From positions 64,001-128,000 of the forward strand of contig JBBCAW010000012.1 in NCBI GenBank assembly GCA_051382295.1: 64,000 nucleotides of DNA, in the 5' to 3' direction. Positions within the stretch are counted from its first letter, which is position 1. Every line of letters starts with the position of its first letter. Source of the DNA: Bdellovibrionota bacterium FG-1 (lineage in GTDB: Bacteria > Bdellovibrionota > UBA1018). Both the position numbers and the translations under genes were made by a program. Shown one piece after another: positions 9,914-19,691 of the stretch. The notes beneath the pieces were generated by a model. The model made no database searches. It had not been told where the DNA came from and saw only the letters and a list, made by a program, of their open reading frames with translations.

Positions 9914-9965
9914 TCTTATTGTTGACTGGAAAAGTCAAGAAGTCAACGGCGCGTTGATGCTCCCC
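9914..9965. repeat. ~52-bp diverged direct repeat, copy B
   Basis: Matches 6111-6162. Confidence 0.6.
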
Positions 9966-9983
9966 TGATCAGTGGGAACCCGA

Positions 9984-11018
9984 TTAAAGACGGAGTCCCA
10001 GACTCAGGCCGAACCATTCGCCTGAAAGCGTAGCGTCTCCGCCTAACCGAATGATTTTTGTGGTCATGCTGCCAAAGAGATGGGGGGTCAATCCTACGTT
10101 CAGCGTAAGCGTTCCGCGAAACCCATTTAACGAAATAGGCACGGCACCGACAGCATCTGACGAGGATTTTATAAGAGGCGAATACGAGATTCCAGCCTTC
10201 GTCTCGACCCATTGCCCACCCAAGGTTGTCGTAAAAACTCCCCCCAGTTCGGGCCAAAATGCAGTGGTGCTGCGCACTTGATAGGCCACCACGGTTTGCG
10301 AAATGCTCACCGTCGCTTGTACAAATTTTTCGACCTCAACAAGGGCATACGGCGAAAACACCCCGTCAGCCGCATAAGTCACGTGCGCCCCCACGGCCCA
10401 GGTCATTGGAAAACTGACGTCATCGAGCGCCGCCACGCGAGCGAGCGCGAATTGCCCCCCGGGCCGCCAAGAGGAAGCTTCGTTAAATCTTTCGATTTCG
10501 AATGCAAAAGAGGGCAGAGTCCACAGCCCCCCTGTTTCGGTGACGGCATCGGCGACGGTCTCGCTTAAATGAGCGCGTTCGGCCCCCATCCTAAAACGGG
10601 TGTGAAAGTACGCCTGGGTATTGTCTATCGATACCTCTACTGTGGGCGTAGGCGTGGGTATCGGCAGAGGCGCCGGCGTTGGCAGAACCTCCGGGGGTGG
10701 TATGACAACTGGGCTCTCGAGTTTAGGAATAACCGGCAGCTCTAATTTCAGAGTGGTACCCGGGCGGAGGTGGCGCCAATTTTTTACTTTTGGATTGAGT
10801 TTCTGGTTGCGCGCGACCAGACCCTTTTCACCATAAAGTCGAATAGCAGGGTTATTGACTTTCTTCTCCAGCACTTCCGAAAGAGTATCCGTCTCCGTCA
10901 CTTCGTATGGCTCAACCTGATATTCAAAGGCCAATGCGGACGCAGCCACCGCACCCACCGCGACGAACACGACGATAGGCCAAAGAGCAATCCATTTTCG
11001 ACGAAACTGATTCTTCAC
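9984..11018 (-). CDS. Exported protein: LysM-like N-domain, Pro-rich linker, outer-membrane beta-barrel-like C-domain
   Basis: Signal peptide; YEV-ETDTLS...NP------LRPG--L LysM-like; PTPTPT linker; alternating beta-strand pattern at the C-terminus. Confidence 0.6.
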   Translation of the reverse strand: MKNQFRRKWIALWPIVVFVAVGAVAASALAFEYQVEPYEVTETDTLSEVLEKKVNNPAIRLYGEKGLVARNQKLNPKVKNWRHLRPGTTLKLELPVIPKLESPVVIPPPEVLPTPAPLPIPTPTPTVEVSIDNTQAYFHTRFRMGAERAHLSETVADAVTETGGLWTLPSFAFEIERFNEASSWRPGGQFALARVAALDDVSFPMTWAVGAHVTYAADGVFSPYALVEVEKFVQATVSISQTVVAYQVRSTTAFWPELGGVFTTTLGGQWVETKAGISYSPLIKSSSDAVGAVPISLNGFRGTLTLNVGLTPHLFGSMTTKIIRLGGDATLSGEWFGLSLGLRL

Positions 11019-11020
11019 TA

Positions 11021-11479
11021 TTAAGGTTCTTCCGACTCGCCATCTTTTTTGCCCCTTTCGGAAGGGGTGACTGGATGCTCCTCGACCGGAGGTGTCTCTG
11101 CGGATTCTGCCTCGACGGTATTGTGCTGAAGGCGGCGGATCGTTTCGTCCGCTTTTCTGAGTCGTTCGGATACCGAGGCCATGATGGTTTTGAGGTAGTC
11201 CGGCACGGTTTTATAGATCTTGTCGAGGGATTCAAACGTGATTTCTTGGACATCCGTGGGAGAGGTGGCGATCGCGGCGGCACTTCGAGGTTGGCGGTCA
11301 AAAAACGAAAGCTCGCCTACAACTTCATTCGTGTAGGCGCGGGCTAGCTCCACAAAGGCAGACCCTTTAGCCTTCCGAATGGCGATCGTGCCTTTTTTAA
11401 TCAGGTACATGCTGTGGGATGCATCTCCCTCATGAAACAGGTATTCGCCGGATTTCAAGGAGCGGATGGGAGATGACAT
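11021..11479 (-). CDS. Cyclic nucleotide-binding domain protein
   Basis: LFHEGD----MYLIKKG, GELSFFD-QPRSA-A; likely start MSSPIRS at 11479. Confidence 0.85.
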   Translation of the reverse strand: MSSPIRSLKSGEYLFHEGDASHSMYLIKKGTIAIRKAKGSAFVELARAYTNEVVGELSFFDRQPRSAAAIATSPTDVQEITFESLDKIYKTVPDYLKTIMASVSERLRKADETIRRLQHNTVEAESAETPPVEEHPVTPSERGKKDGESEEP

Positions 11480-11531
11480 ACCTTCTATGGTGCCAGGGGT
11501 TCGTCGGATTGGAAAGGTCAGAATGTTGACG

Positions 11532-12056
11532 TTAAATGTGCCTCCGATAGGCACGAAGCAATAGTCCCGCTCCCAGGACTTCCGAAATCAGCGAGATCGG
11601 ATTCAAGGAAGCCCGCGCGTGCTCTCCAATGTCGACAAAGGGGGCCGCTGAAAATCGCGCTTGATAAAAAGGGAAGGCGAGCGCAATGAGGGCTGAGCTT
11701 TCTTGGGGGCGTTCGGTGATGGGGCCAATGCACATGGCCAAGCCATCGGCGAGTACGTCCAAAGCAAGGTGAGAAGCCAGTCCCCATGAAATCGCCTTAA
11801 GGACCGTGGACTGACGAAAAATTCCGGCAGCGATGACCAGCAAAAGCACGATGCCGCTATGGCCAAACGTGCGCGTACAGCTGATCAAGCCTAAATCTGT
11901 TCCAGATAATCCTCGGGACCAAGAAAGGCCGTAATACAGGGGCTTGTCGATGAGATCAGGTAAAATGGCTCCAAAGATCACCCAGGATTGGCGAAGGTGA
12001 CGCGTGGCTGGAGTGACTAGCCATGACCCCACGCCCATGTGGCCGAGTGGGAGCAT
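11532..12056 (-). CDS. Membrane metal-dependent hydrolase (YdjM/DUF457-like)
   Basis: GH, LPDLID, RTFGHS and SHLALD motifs. Confidence 0.75.
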   Translation of the reverse strand: MLPLGHMGVGSWLVTPATRHLRQSWVIFGAILPDLIDKPLYYGLSWSRGLSGTDLGLISCTRTFGHSGIVLLLVIAAGIFRQSTVLKAISWGLASHLALDVLADGLAMCIGPITERPQESSALIALAFPFYQARFSAAPFVDIGEHARASLNPISLISEVLGAGLLLRAYRRHI

Positions 12057-12057
12057 G

Positions 12058-13110
12058 CTAGGAGCGCCCCGTACTCAAAACCACTTTACCAAAGGCTTGG
12101 CGTGTTTCAAGGTATTGGTGGGCCTCGGCAATTTGATCCAAATCATATACCGAATCGACGACCGCTTTCAGTTTTCCTCGCGAAACAAGCTCAATGATCT
12201 TCAATAAATCGGCTTTGCTTCCCATCGTGGAGCCAACAATCGAGATATTTTTGAAAAAGATTCCTTTGAGATCGACCTCAATCTGGGAACCCGAGGTAGC
12301 GCCACAAGTCACTAGGCGGCCTCCCCAGCTGAGCGATTTGATACTGTCTGTAAAGGTCTCTTTACCGACGTGATCGATGACAACGTCACAGCCTTTTTTC
12401 CCTAAGGCGCTGAGAATCGATTTGAGTTCCTGTCGAAAAGGCTTTTCTCGGTACAAAATCACGTGATCAGCGCCGAGGGCGCGAGCTTTTTGAGCCTTTT
12501 CGGCGTTACCCACAGTTGTGATCACGGTGGCGCCAACCAGCTTGGCCATTTGAATCGCGGCAACAGAGACGCCGCTTCCTCCCGCTTGAATCAGGCAAAC
12601 CTCACCGGGCTTGAGTCGGGCTTTTTCGAAAAGCATGGTCCATGCTGTGAGATAGGGGATCGGGAGTGCTGCTGCGTCGATTGCGCTTAGGCCCATTGGT
12701 CGAGCAATGACGTTTGCCGCTGGTACCACGATCATGTCAGCGCAACCGCCATCTCGAGTTTCGCCCAAAATCCCGTATTGTAGACAAAGCGGATCAAAGC
12801 CGCCAAGACAGGCTACACAATGGCCGCAGGAAATTCCGGGATTGAGAACCACTGGCGAACCTTCGATCAAAGGCTCGGTTTTGGCACCCGGTCCAAAAGC
12901 CGCAATGGTACCAGCGACATCACAACCTGGGGTCAAGGGAAGTGGAAAGCGATGTCCTTCAACGCCTTTTCTGACCCACAGATCCAAATGGTTGAGACCC
13001 ACGGCCTCCACATGGACGAGCACTTCCATGGGGCCGGGCACGGGCGTGGCAATGTCCCTGGATACAAGAGTGTCCAAACCACCGTGTTTTTCAATCCGCC
13101 AGGCACGCAT
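12058..13110 (-). CDS. Zinc-binding alcohol dehydrogenase/quinone oxidoreductase (MDR family)
   Basis: GLNHLD, CGHC-AC--G----C structural Zn site, AGGSGVS, GKVVL. Confidence 0.9.
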   Translation of the reverse strand: MRAWRIEKHGGLDTLVSRDIATPVPGPMEVLVHVEAVGLNHLDLWVRKGVEGHRFPLPLTPGCDVAGTIAAFGPGAKTEPLIEGSPVVLNPGISCGHCVACLGGFDPLCLQYGILGETRDGGCADMIVVPAANVIARPMGLSAIDAAALPIPYLTAWTMLFEKARLKPGEVCLIQAGGSGVSVAAIQMAKLVGATVITTVGNAEKAQKARALGADHVILYREKPFRQELKSILSALGKKGCDVVIDHVGKETFTDSIKSLSWGGRLVTCGATSGSQIEVDLKGIFFKNISIVGSTMGSKADLLKIIELVSRGKLKAVVDSVYDLDQIAEAHQYLETRQAFGKVVLSTGRS

Positions 13111-14035
13111 GCGCCACCGTTTTTGCGATGGCTTGAGCAGAAATGCCATGCTTGTCGTAGAGTTCAGCCGCTTCTCCGCTTTCGCCAAAGGTGTCTTGAA
13201 TTCCTAATTTCAGCAGCCGGGCTTGGGCCTTTCCCGTTGAAGCTAAGGCTTCAGCAATGCAACTGCCGAGTCCGCCAATGACGGAGTGATCTTCTATTGA
13301 GACCATCAGCTTTGCCTTACCGGCCAATTCAAGCGTGGTTCGATCATCAAAGGGTTTGAGTGAATGAGCATTCCACACAGCCATCCGAATGCCCTTGGCA
13401 GCCAGAATTTTTGCCGCACCCACGGCTTCAGCGACCGTGGCTCCCGAGGCAATCGCAATGACCTCGGGGTTGGGTGCTGAGAGGATTTCCATGAGTTTGC
13501 CGGGCCGAAAGGGCGCCCCCGAGGGATAAAGGTCTGGAAGGTTTTGGCGAGTCAGCCGAATATAGGCCGGTCCCTTCCATTCATTGACTAAGTAATCCAT
13601 TAAAAGCTGAGTTTCGCGGCCATCCATGGGCTGAAAAACACCCATCGTGGGAAGCGAGCGCATCAGCGAAAGGTCCTCGAGTCCCATTTGGCTGTGGCCA
13701 TCATCACCGATTCCGATGCCGGCGTGGGTGCCGACCAGGCGAACATTGGCCTGCGCATAAGCTACACTGAGCCGGATAGTATCGTAACGGCCCGTGAGAA
13801 ATGCGCCAAAACTGCAGAGGAAGGGGAGTTTTCCTGTAAAAGCGAGTCCGGCGGCGGTTCCGATCATATTGGCTTCGGTAATGCCCATTTCAAAAAATCG
13901 AGCCGGATATTTCTTGGCAAAAATTTCTGACTTAGTGGATTTGGCAAGATCGGCGTCTAGGACCACAATTTCGGGGTGATTTTCGCCGAGTTGAGCAAGG
14001 GCTTCACCGAAGGCTTGGCGTGTCGATTGAGACAT
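13091..14035 (-). CDS. Transketolase, C-terminal (pyrimidine-binding) subunit
   Basis: LDADLAKST, MGITEANM, GDDGHSQ, EDHSVIGGLG. Confidence 0.92.
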   Translation of the reverse strand: MSQSTRQAFGEALAQLGENHPEIVVLDADLAKSTKSEIFAKKYPARFFEMGITEANMIGTAAGLAFTGKLPFLCSFGAFLTGRYDTIRLSVAYAQANVRLVGTHAGIGIGDDGHSQMGLEDLSLMRSLPTMGVFQPMDGRETQLLMDYLVNEWKGPAYIRLTRQNLPDLYPSGAPFRPGKLMEILSAPNPEVIAIASGATVAEAVGAAKILAAKGIRMAVWNAHSLKPFDDRTTLELAGKAKLMVSIEDHSVIGGLGSCIAEALASTGKAQARLLKLGIQDTFGESGEAAELYDKHGISAQAIAKTVAHACLAD

Positions 14036-14041
14036 AAAAAA

Positions 14042-14893
14042 TTACTCCTGACCTTGAGAAAGGGTTTTCAAAATTTCAGCTTTGGCGCGAGCGGCTTCTT
14101 CAGCTTTAGGTGCTACCCCGTGCCATTCGATCTTGTTCTCCATAAAGGAGACGCCTTTGCCTTTGATTGTTTTTGCGAGAATAAAGACTGGTTTTTTGGA
14201 TCCACCGTCCCGAAGTTTACGGGCTTGCGCATAGGCTTGGGTAATTTCATCCATATTGTGGCCGTCGATTTTAATGACTTCCCAATTAAAGGTGCGCCAT
14301 TTGTCCGCAATGGGCTCAAGCGGCATGACTTTTTCAACGGGGCCGTCAATCTGTCCGCCGTTGTTATCCAAAATGACGACGAGGTTGGAAAGCTCAAATT
14401 TGGGGGCCGACAGGGCGCATTCCCAGATTTGGCCTTCTTGCATTTCACCGTCGCCGATCATGCAGAAGACCATCGATTTTTTGCCGTCCATTCGCAGTCC
14501 AAGTGCAAGGCCTTGGGCGACCGACATTCCTTGCCCCAGGGAACCCGTCGAGGCTTCTACAATAGGTAAGCGCACGCGGTCGGGGTGTCCCTGAAGGAGG
14601 GCCCCAGTTCTTCGGAGTTTGTGAAGTTCTTCGACGGGAAAGAACCCTTTTTTAGCGAGTGCGACATAAAGGGCGGGAGCAGCATGTCCTTTGGAGAGGA
14701 CAAAACGATCACGATCTGGCGCCAAAGCATTGGCGTTTTCTACGCCGCGCATTTCGTGAAACCAAAGTGCCGTAATCAAATCGATGGCGGAAAGGCTCCC
14801 ACCCGGGTGTCCCGATTTGGCTTCGGTAATCATATCAATGATCCAGGTGCGAAGTTCTGCGGCAATACCTATGAGCGGGGTTGGGTTGGCCAT
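14042..14893 (-). CDS. Transketolase, N-terminal (TPP-binding) subunit
   Basis: SGHPGGSLS, DRFVLSKGH, STGSLGQG, GDGEMQEG. Confidence 0.92.
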   Translation of the reverse strand: MANPTPLIGIAAELRTWIIDMITEAKSGHPGGSLSAIDLITALWFHEMRGVENANALAPDRDRFVLSKGHAAPALYVALAKKGFFPVEELHKLRRTGALLQGHPDRVRLPIVEASTGSLGQGMSVAQGLALGLRMDGKKSMVFCMIGDGEMQEGQIWECALSAPKFELSNLVVILDNNGGQIDGPVEKVMPLEPIADKWRTFNWEVIKIDGHNMDEITQAYAQARKLRDGGSKKPVFILAKTIKGKGVSFMENKIEWHGVAPKAEEAARAKAEILKTLSQGQE

Positions 14894-15001
14894 GAAAGTC
14901 TCCTTGGCGCACTCTACCAATGACTGCCCCAAGGTAAAAGCGATCTTTTGAGAGCTACGCATTGCATCTTTCCCGTAATTCTTGATACAATTTGTCTCAT
15001 T

Positions 15002-16378
15002 ATGTCGCGGAAATGGTGGGTCCTCGCGGCCGTGGCCTGTGGCACTTTCATGGCTACCTTGGACTCCAGCATCGTCAATATTGCCCTTCCCACTCTGACC
15101 AAAGAGTTAGGTCCCGATCTCCCCCGAGTGAAATGGGTGATCGTCATTTATCTCCTTTTGCTGACTTGTTTACTTCTTCCTTTTGGGCGCCTTTCGGACG
15201 AATTTGGCCGTAAAAAGGTGTTTCAGCTCGGTTTCTTAACTTTTGTGGCCGGTTCGGTTTGTGGGGGTTTCTCCCCAACGCTGGGATGGTTGGTTTTTTC
15301 CAGAATGATTCAGGCGGTGGGTGCCGCCATGCTGATGGCCAATGGTCCCGCTATTATTACAGCGACGTTCCCTTCGACTGAAAGAGGAGGCGCATTAGGA
15401 ACTCTTGCGATGGTCGTGAGCGTCGGTTTGCTATCAGGACCTGGTGCAGGGGGTTTTTTGATCTCCCATTTTGGTTGGCGCAGCATTTTTTTTGTGAACA
15501 TCCCGATTGGTTTGTTGGGCGCTTTTTTGGTTCAATATCACGTGTCTTACGATTCTAAAATTCGCATGCGCGCCCCTTTTGATTGGGCCGGGGCTGTTTT
15601 ACAGACACTCTTATTACTTTTCTTTATCATTATTTTCGCTCCTCCCAGTATTTCAATTTCGGGTGGGCTTCCCTTTACCGTTTCGCGCTTTTGGGTGGCG
15701 GTGGTGACGTTATTGATTGGTGTGGCTTTTATCAAAGTCGAGGCGAATGTCCAGGCACCTCTTTTTGACCTGTCTTTACTCAAAATCCGCACGTTTTGGA
15801 CCGCAAATTTAGCGGGGTTTTTGACGGTCGTGGCTTTTTCGTCGGTTTCGGTACTGATGCCGTTTTTTTTGGAAGGCGTGATGAAGTATCACACCCACCA
15901 GGCCGGTTTGTTTATGACCGCCATGCCTGTTGCGATTTTGATCATTGCGCCGATCGCCGGACGTCTTTCCGATCGTTTTGGGAGTCATGAACTGAGTTTT
16001 ATGGGAACCCTGATTGGTGCGGTGGGTCTGTTCGGGATGGCGGGGCTATTCGGGGCTGGATTGCATGGAGAAGTGGCCGGTTTTTGGATCGTGCTGGGTT
16101 TGCTCTCTATTGGCATCGCCACAGGGTTGTTTCAGTCTCCTAATAATAACGCCATCATGGGTGCGGTCCCCTATGAAAAGCTCAGTGTCGCGTCGGCGGT
16201 GTTAGCGACGGTGAGAAATTTGGGTTTAGTGACCGGCACGGGGTTGGCCACAACGTTGTTTACCTTGCGGTTCGAATTGACCAAGGACTTTGTGGATTCA
16301 TTGCATCTGACCTTTCGGGTAGCGGGGGTTCTGGCATTGGGGGCCATGGTAGCGGCTTTGAGTAAGCGGAGAGGTTGA
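15002..16378 (+). CDS. MFS transporter, DHA2/EmrB-QacA family
   Basis: LDSSIVNIALP, GRLSDEFGRKK, WRSIFFVNIPIG; about 14 TM helices. Confidence 0.9.
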   Translation: MSRKWWVLAAVACGTFMATLDSSIVNIALPTLTKELGPDLPRVKWVIVIYLLLLTCLLLPFGRLSDEFGRKKVFQLGFLTFVAGSVCGGFSPTLGWLVFSRMIQAVGAAMLMANGPAIITATFPSTERGGALGTLAMVVSVGLLSGPGAGGFLISHFGWRSIFFVNIPIGLLGAFLVQYHVSYDSKIRMRAPFDWAGAVLQTLLLLFFIIIFAPPSISISGGLPFTVSRFWVAVVTLLIGVAFIKVEANVQAPLFDLSLLKIRTFWTANLAGFLTVVAFSSVSVLMPFFLEGVMKYHTHQAGLFMTAMPVAILIIAPIAGRLSDRFGSHELSFMGTLIGAVGLFGMAGLFGAGLHGEVAGFWIVLGLLSIGIATGLFQSPNNNAIMGAVPYEKLSVASAVLATVRNLGLVTGTGLATTLFTLRFELTKDFVDSLHLTFRVAGVLALGAMVAALSKRRG

Positions 16379-16379
16379 G

Positions 16380-17357
16380 ATGGCGTGGAAAAAGAAGGAA
16401 AAACTCATCAGCCGTGAGGAGGCGGTGGCCGCGGCCAAAAAAGAATTTGCGCCGTATTGGGTCGGGTCTGAGCCGCTCGTGGCCGGAGTCGTGACGCCTG
16501 AGGGGGGGGTGAGTGTTCATCCGCTGGACCTGACTTTTGAAAAGAGTGCTTGGATCTTTATACTGGTCGATTTAACGACTTTTTCCGGCGAGTCCGCTTT
16601 AGATATCGCGCGGGACTGGCATCGGCGCTATTCAGGTTACAGCGTTAATTTTGTTTTGATCACTCGTTCGACTTACAAATTTTTAGATACCATTGCGACT
16701 TTTCAGCCGATGTTCAAAAAACATGGGTTGATTTTTCCGGCAGTATTGGATCACGAGGGGCTTTTGTATCGTGCTTTCAATGCTTCTCCCGCCATTCCCA
16801 AAGTTGTTCTTCATGCTAAAGGTAAAATTATTTTTGAAAAAGTTGGACCTCAATGGTTTGAAGGTGCTGAAAGTCTGCTTCAACATTATTTGCGGGAGTC
16901 GGATCCGGGCTTGCCGTTTAACCTGCCTTTTGAGGGAACCCATGAATTGCCGGCTGATCAACTTCGAGTGGAGCTGGGTCGCTCCACTCGCCCCAAAGGT
17001 TTGGCTTTTGGTGGAAAATGGACCCAAGAGCAGGACTGTATCGTCGCTCGCGATGGCACAGCCGTGATGCGGTTTAAGAGTCCCTCCGCTCGGATCTCGT
17101 TCGTAGCGGAGCGTCTTTCGACGGAAGACCGGCGTTCGCGAATTAAGATCGAGGCCAATCGGGATTCGGCTTTCGAGGCGATCTCCGGTGCGGATTTGAC
17201 GATGGCCGAAGATGGTTCGTCTGAGCTCAAGGTGGCTGGACCCATGATTTATCACGCGCTCGTGAACCTGCCGGAGCGTTTGCGGGAAATAACTCTTAAA
17301 TTTCCCGATGCCGAGCGGTTTCCTGTAGCGCTTTATGGGATCAGGTTAGGTTCTTAA
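16380..17357 (+). CDS. Hypothetical protein with degenerate thioredoxin-like fold (DipZ C-terminal-like)
   Basis: 325-aa ORF coupled to the MFS gene; peroxiredoxin-like layout without CxxC. Confidence 0.45.
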   Translation: MAWKKKEKLISREEAVAAAKKEFAPYWVGSEPLVAGVVTPEGGVSVHPLDLTFEKSAWIFILVDLTTFSGESALDIARDWHRRYSGYSVNFVLITRSTYKFLDTIATFQPMFKKHGLIFPAVLDHEGLLYRAFNASPAIPKVVLHAKGKIIFEKVGPQWFEGAESLLQHYLRESDPGLPFNLPFEGTHELPADQLRVELGRSTRPKGLAFGGKWTQEQDCIVARDGTAVMRFKSPSARISFVAERLSTEDRRSRIKIEANRDSAFEAISGADLTMAEDGSSELKVAGPMIYHALVNLPERLREITLKFPDAERFPVALYGIRLGS

Positions 17358-18285
17358 GAACTTTTGCTACGGAGTCTCGCGGTTTTTTTGGCAGTCCTGC
17401 TTCGTCGGCAAATTTGCAGAACTGGCCAATAGCATCCCGCACTTCATCGATGATTTGAGGTGAATGTTTTAATCCGACCTCTAGCGCGAGGGTTTTTAGA
17501 TGGTCTCGAGTAGGATTGCGTCCTTCGCCTGCAACCAGCATCATATGTTCCCCGCCCGGCCCTGTTGAGTAGGTCAAATCGTAGGCGGGACTAGGGTGCC
17601 AAATCCCTTTTTCATTCATGAGAAATGCAAAATTTCGAGCATGATCATCGCGGTTTCTGCTGAAAACATTGAAACAGGCACGTCGAAACATTTCTGAAAC
17701 GTCAGCTTCATTTCGAGTCAGCTTGCGAGTCACTAATAAAAGTTCGCGATAGCCAAGAGCAGGGTAGGTGTGCCCCTTGAGGGGATCCACCGAGGGCAAT
17801 CAAATGGTCGAGGTCCTGACCCTCCACCTGATCTAGAACCATTTGGATCTCTGAAGCGACCTCGTCGAGATCAACGACTGAGGGCTGGTCTTGTTCGAAT
17901 TCTGGCTCATAAGTGAGAGCGCCCATTCCGTGCGACCCAACGTAGGCTAGACGATCCAGGGGCCCCAAAGATCCCGACGGAGGCGCCCGGCCCTTGCGAT
18001 TCGTCGTTCCAGCAACAAACGCCCCCAGCCGTCTGGCAGGCTGTCTTCGAAAACCCCCATTAAGCCCTGAAAAATAGCTGGATCACCGACCTTCACCCCG
18101 GAAGCAAGAGGTAGATTGAACGGCGAAAGTTCGAGGCCACGGTTTATAAAATCGGCGTCGTATTCGAAGAGAATTTCTCGATTTTTTTGTGCGAGCCTTC
18201 CAACTTTTTGCTGAACTCCTTCTTGGAGTTCTAAAAAGACTGTAAGGAGTTGGATAGGTGCGCGGTTTTTTTTGAGTATCATCAT
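17341..18285 (-). pseudogene. hipA: HipA family toxin, frameshifted and internally deleted
   Basis: Three pieces in different frames: FEDSLPDGWG (N-domain), DRLAYVG--GMGALTYEP...GGSPQGA, and NRDDHARNF...W-PSPAYDLT. Central kinase core missing. Confidence 0.85.
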
Positions 18286-18614
18286 TCCACTCCGGTCCCT
18301 CCGGTTCTTATGGCCCGTTTCCGTGAGGTGACTTTGTTCTGTCCCAGTGCCTCATCCAGGGAGGTATATTTGGGCGTTTCAAAGAGGCGCTCGAATGTGC
18401 TTTCGGCCCCAAGTGCGGTGGCGATCCGCAAGGCATTTTCAACAGAGACGTGCCCCGTTTTTTCAAAGCGGTGAAGCGTTGCAACACCGATGCCGGAGCG
18501 GTCCGCATGCTCCTGTTGGGTCCAGTTTCGAGAGAGTCGTAGAGCCTGAGTGCGTTGACCAATCGCTAAAAGGATATTTGAATAGGATTCAAGGCCTGTC
18601 CTAGAATTGATCAT
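18282..18614 (-). CDS. XRE-family HTH regulator, HipB-like antitoxin
   Basis: RLSRNWTQQE-ADRSGIGVATLHRFE-TG HTH; overlaps the hipA start (ATGA). Confidence 0.8.
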   Translation of the reverse strand: MINSRTGLESYSNILLAIGQRTQALRLSRNWTQQEHADRSGIGVATLHRFEKTGHVSVENALRIATALGAESTFERLFETPKYTSLDEALGQNKVTSRKRAIRTGGTGVE

Positions 18615-18668
18615 TAATGATAGATTATAATCACTTTATGGCAATAGTTAATCAAAATTGATCGGTTA

Positions 18669-19673
18669 TTAGTTGTGGTTTTGGGTGATGTTTTGTCGAG
18701 AAATTTCTAAATTTCGTCTAAAATCGGCTGGTTTCACGCGGTTCAGTGCCGAGTGGGCGACGCGGGCTTTATAGGCGGCTGCGTCCTCCGCGAGGAGCGC
18801 ATCCCAATCCTGCAACAACCTTGGAGGTTCGTTACGAGATGATCCCCCGTCTTGTTCTAATTCCCGCCGAACTGGCTTTATGTTGAACGGACAGGCTTCT
18901 TGGCATAGGTCGCAGCCTGCGACCCACGGGCCAATCGCTTTTTGATCTTGCTCAGAAAGGCCAAGTTCGCCTCGCATTTCAAGAGTCCAATAGCTGATGC
19001 AACGTTCAGAGTTTAGCCAGTGAGGGTCTCGAAGTGCGCCTGTTGGGCAGCCCTGAATGCATCGAGTGCAGCTGCCGCAATAATCGGGCAAAGGTGTGGG
19101 GCCTCGTCCGGTTTTTTGGTTGATCAGCACGACGCCGATAAAAAAATAACTTCCTAGTTTAGGATGAATCAAAAGCGTATTTTTGCCAATCCAACCGAGT
19201 CCGGCCAGCGCAGCCCAACTTCGCTCGAGCACCGCACTAGTATCGACACAGATTTTCCAACGAAGTTCGGGGTAGTTTTGTTTGGTCTGCTCCATCATTC
19301 GTTCCAAGCGTTGCGCCAGCGAATCGTGATAGTCGAGGCCATCTGTTCCGGTTAAGCCGCGAAGGTATCTTGCGTACCTTGGACCCTCGCTGATTTCTGC
19401 TGCCCCGTACGGACGCCGAGGATAAGGCGCTAGTACGCAGAAAATGCTCTGAGTCTCTGGAAACATTAGGCGCGGATCAGCTCGCCGGTCACGGCCACGC
19501 TCGAGGTATTGCATGCGGCCTGGGTAGCCGCGTGCAAGCCACTCGTCGTAACGTGCAACATGGGGGGCAATGGCTTCGAGGCTGAGGTCACGATCTACCG
19601 CGCCCGCGCATGAAAAGCCCTCAGTCTGGGCGCTTGCGAGCAAAAGGGAGTAAAAATCAGCAGCAGCTTCCAT
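18669..19673 (-). CDS. queG: tRNA epoxyqueuosine(34) reductase
   Basis: VDT-AVLER--A--AGLGWIGKN, CGSCTRC-QGCPT, CISY-T-E, GCD-CQ-ACP-N. Confidence 0.92.
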   Translation of the reverse strand: MEAAADFYSLLLASAQTEGFSCAGAVDRDLSLEAIAPHVARYDEWLARGYPGRMQYLERGRDRRADPRLMFPETQSIFCVLAPYPRRPYGAAEISEGPRYARYLRGLTGTDGLDYHDSLAQRLERMMEQTKQNYPELRWKICVDTSAVLERSWAALAGLGWIGKNTLLIHPKLGSYFFIGVVLINQKTGRGPTPLPDYCGSCTRCIQGCPTGALRDPHWLNSERCISYWTLEMRGELGLSEQDQKAIGPWVAGCDLCQEACPFNIKPVRRELEQDGGSSRNEPPRLLQDWDALLAEDAAAYKARVAHSALNRVKPADFRRNLEISRQNITQNHN

Positions 19674-19691
19674 CGTGTAATCTAGGATGAT

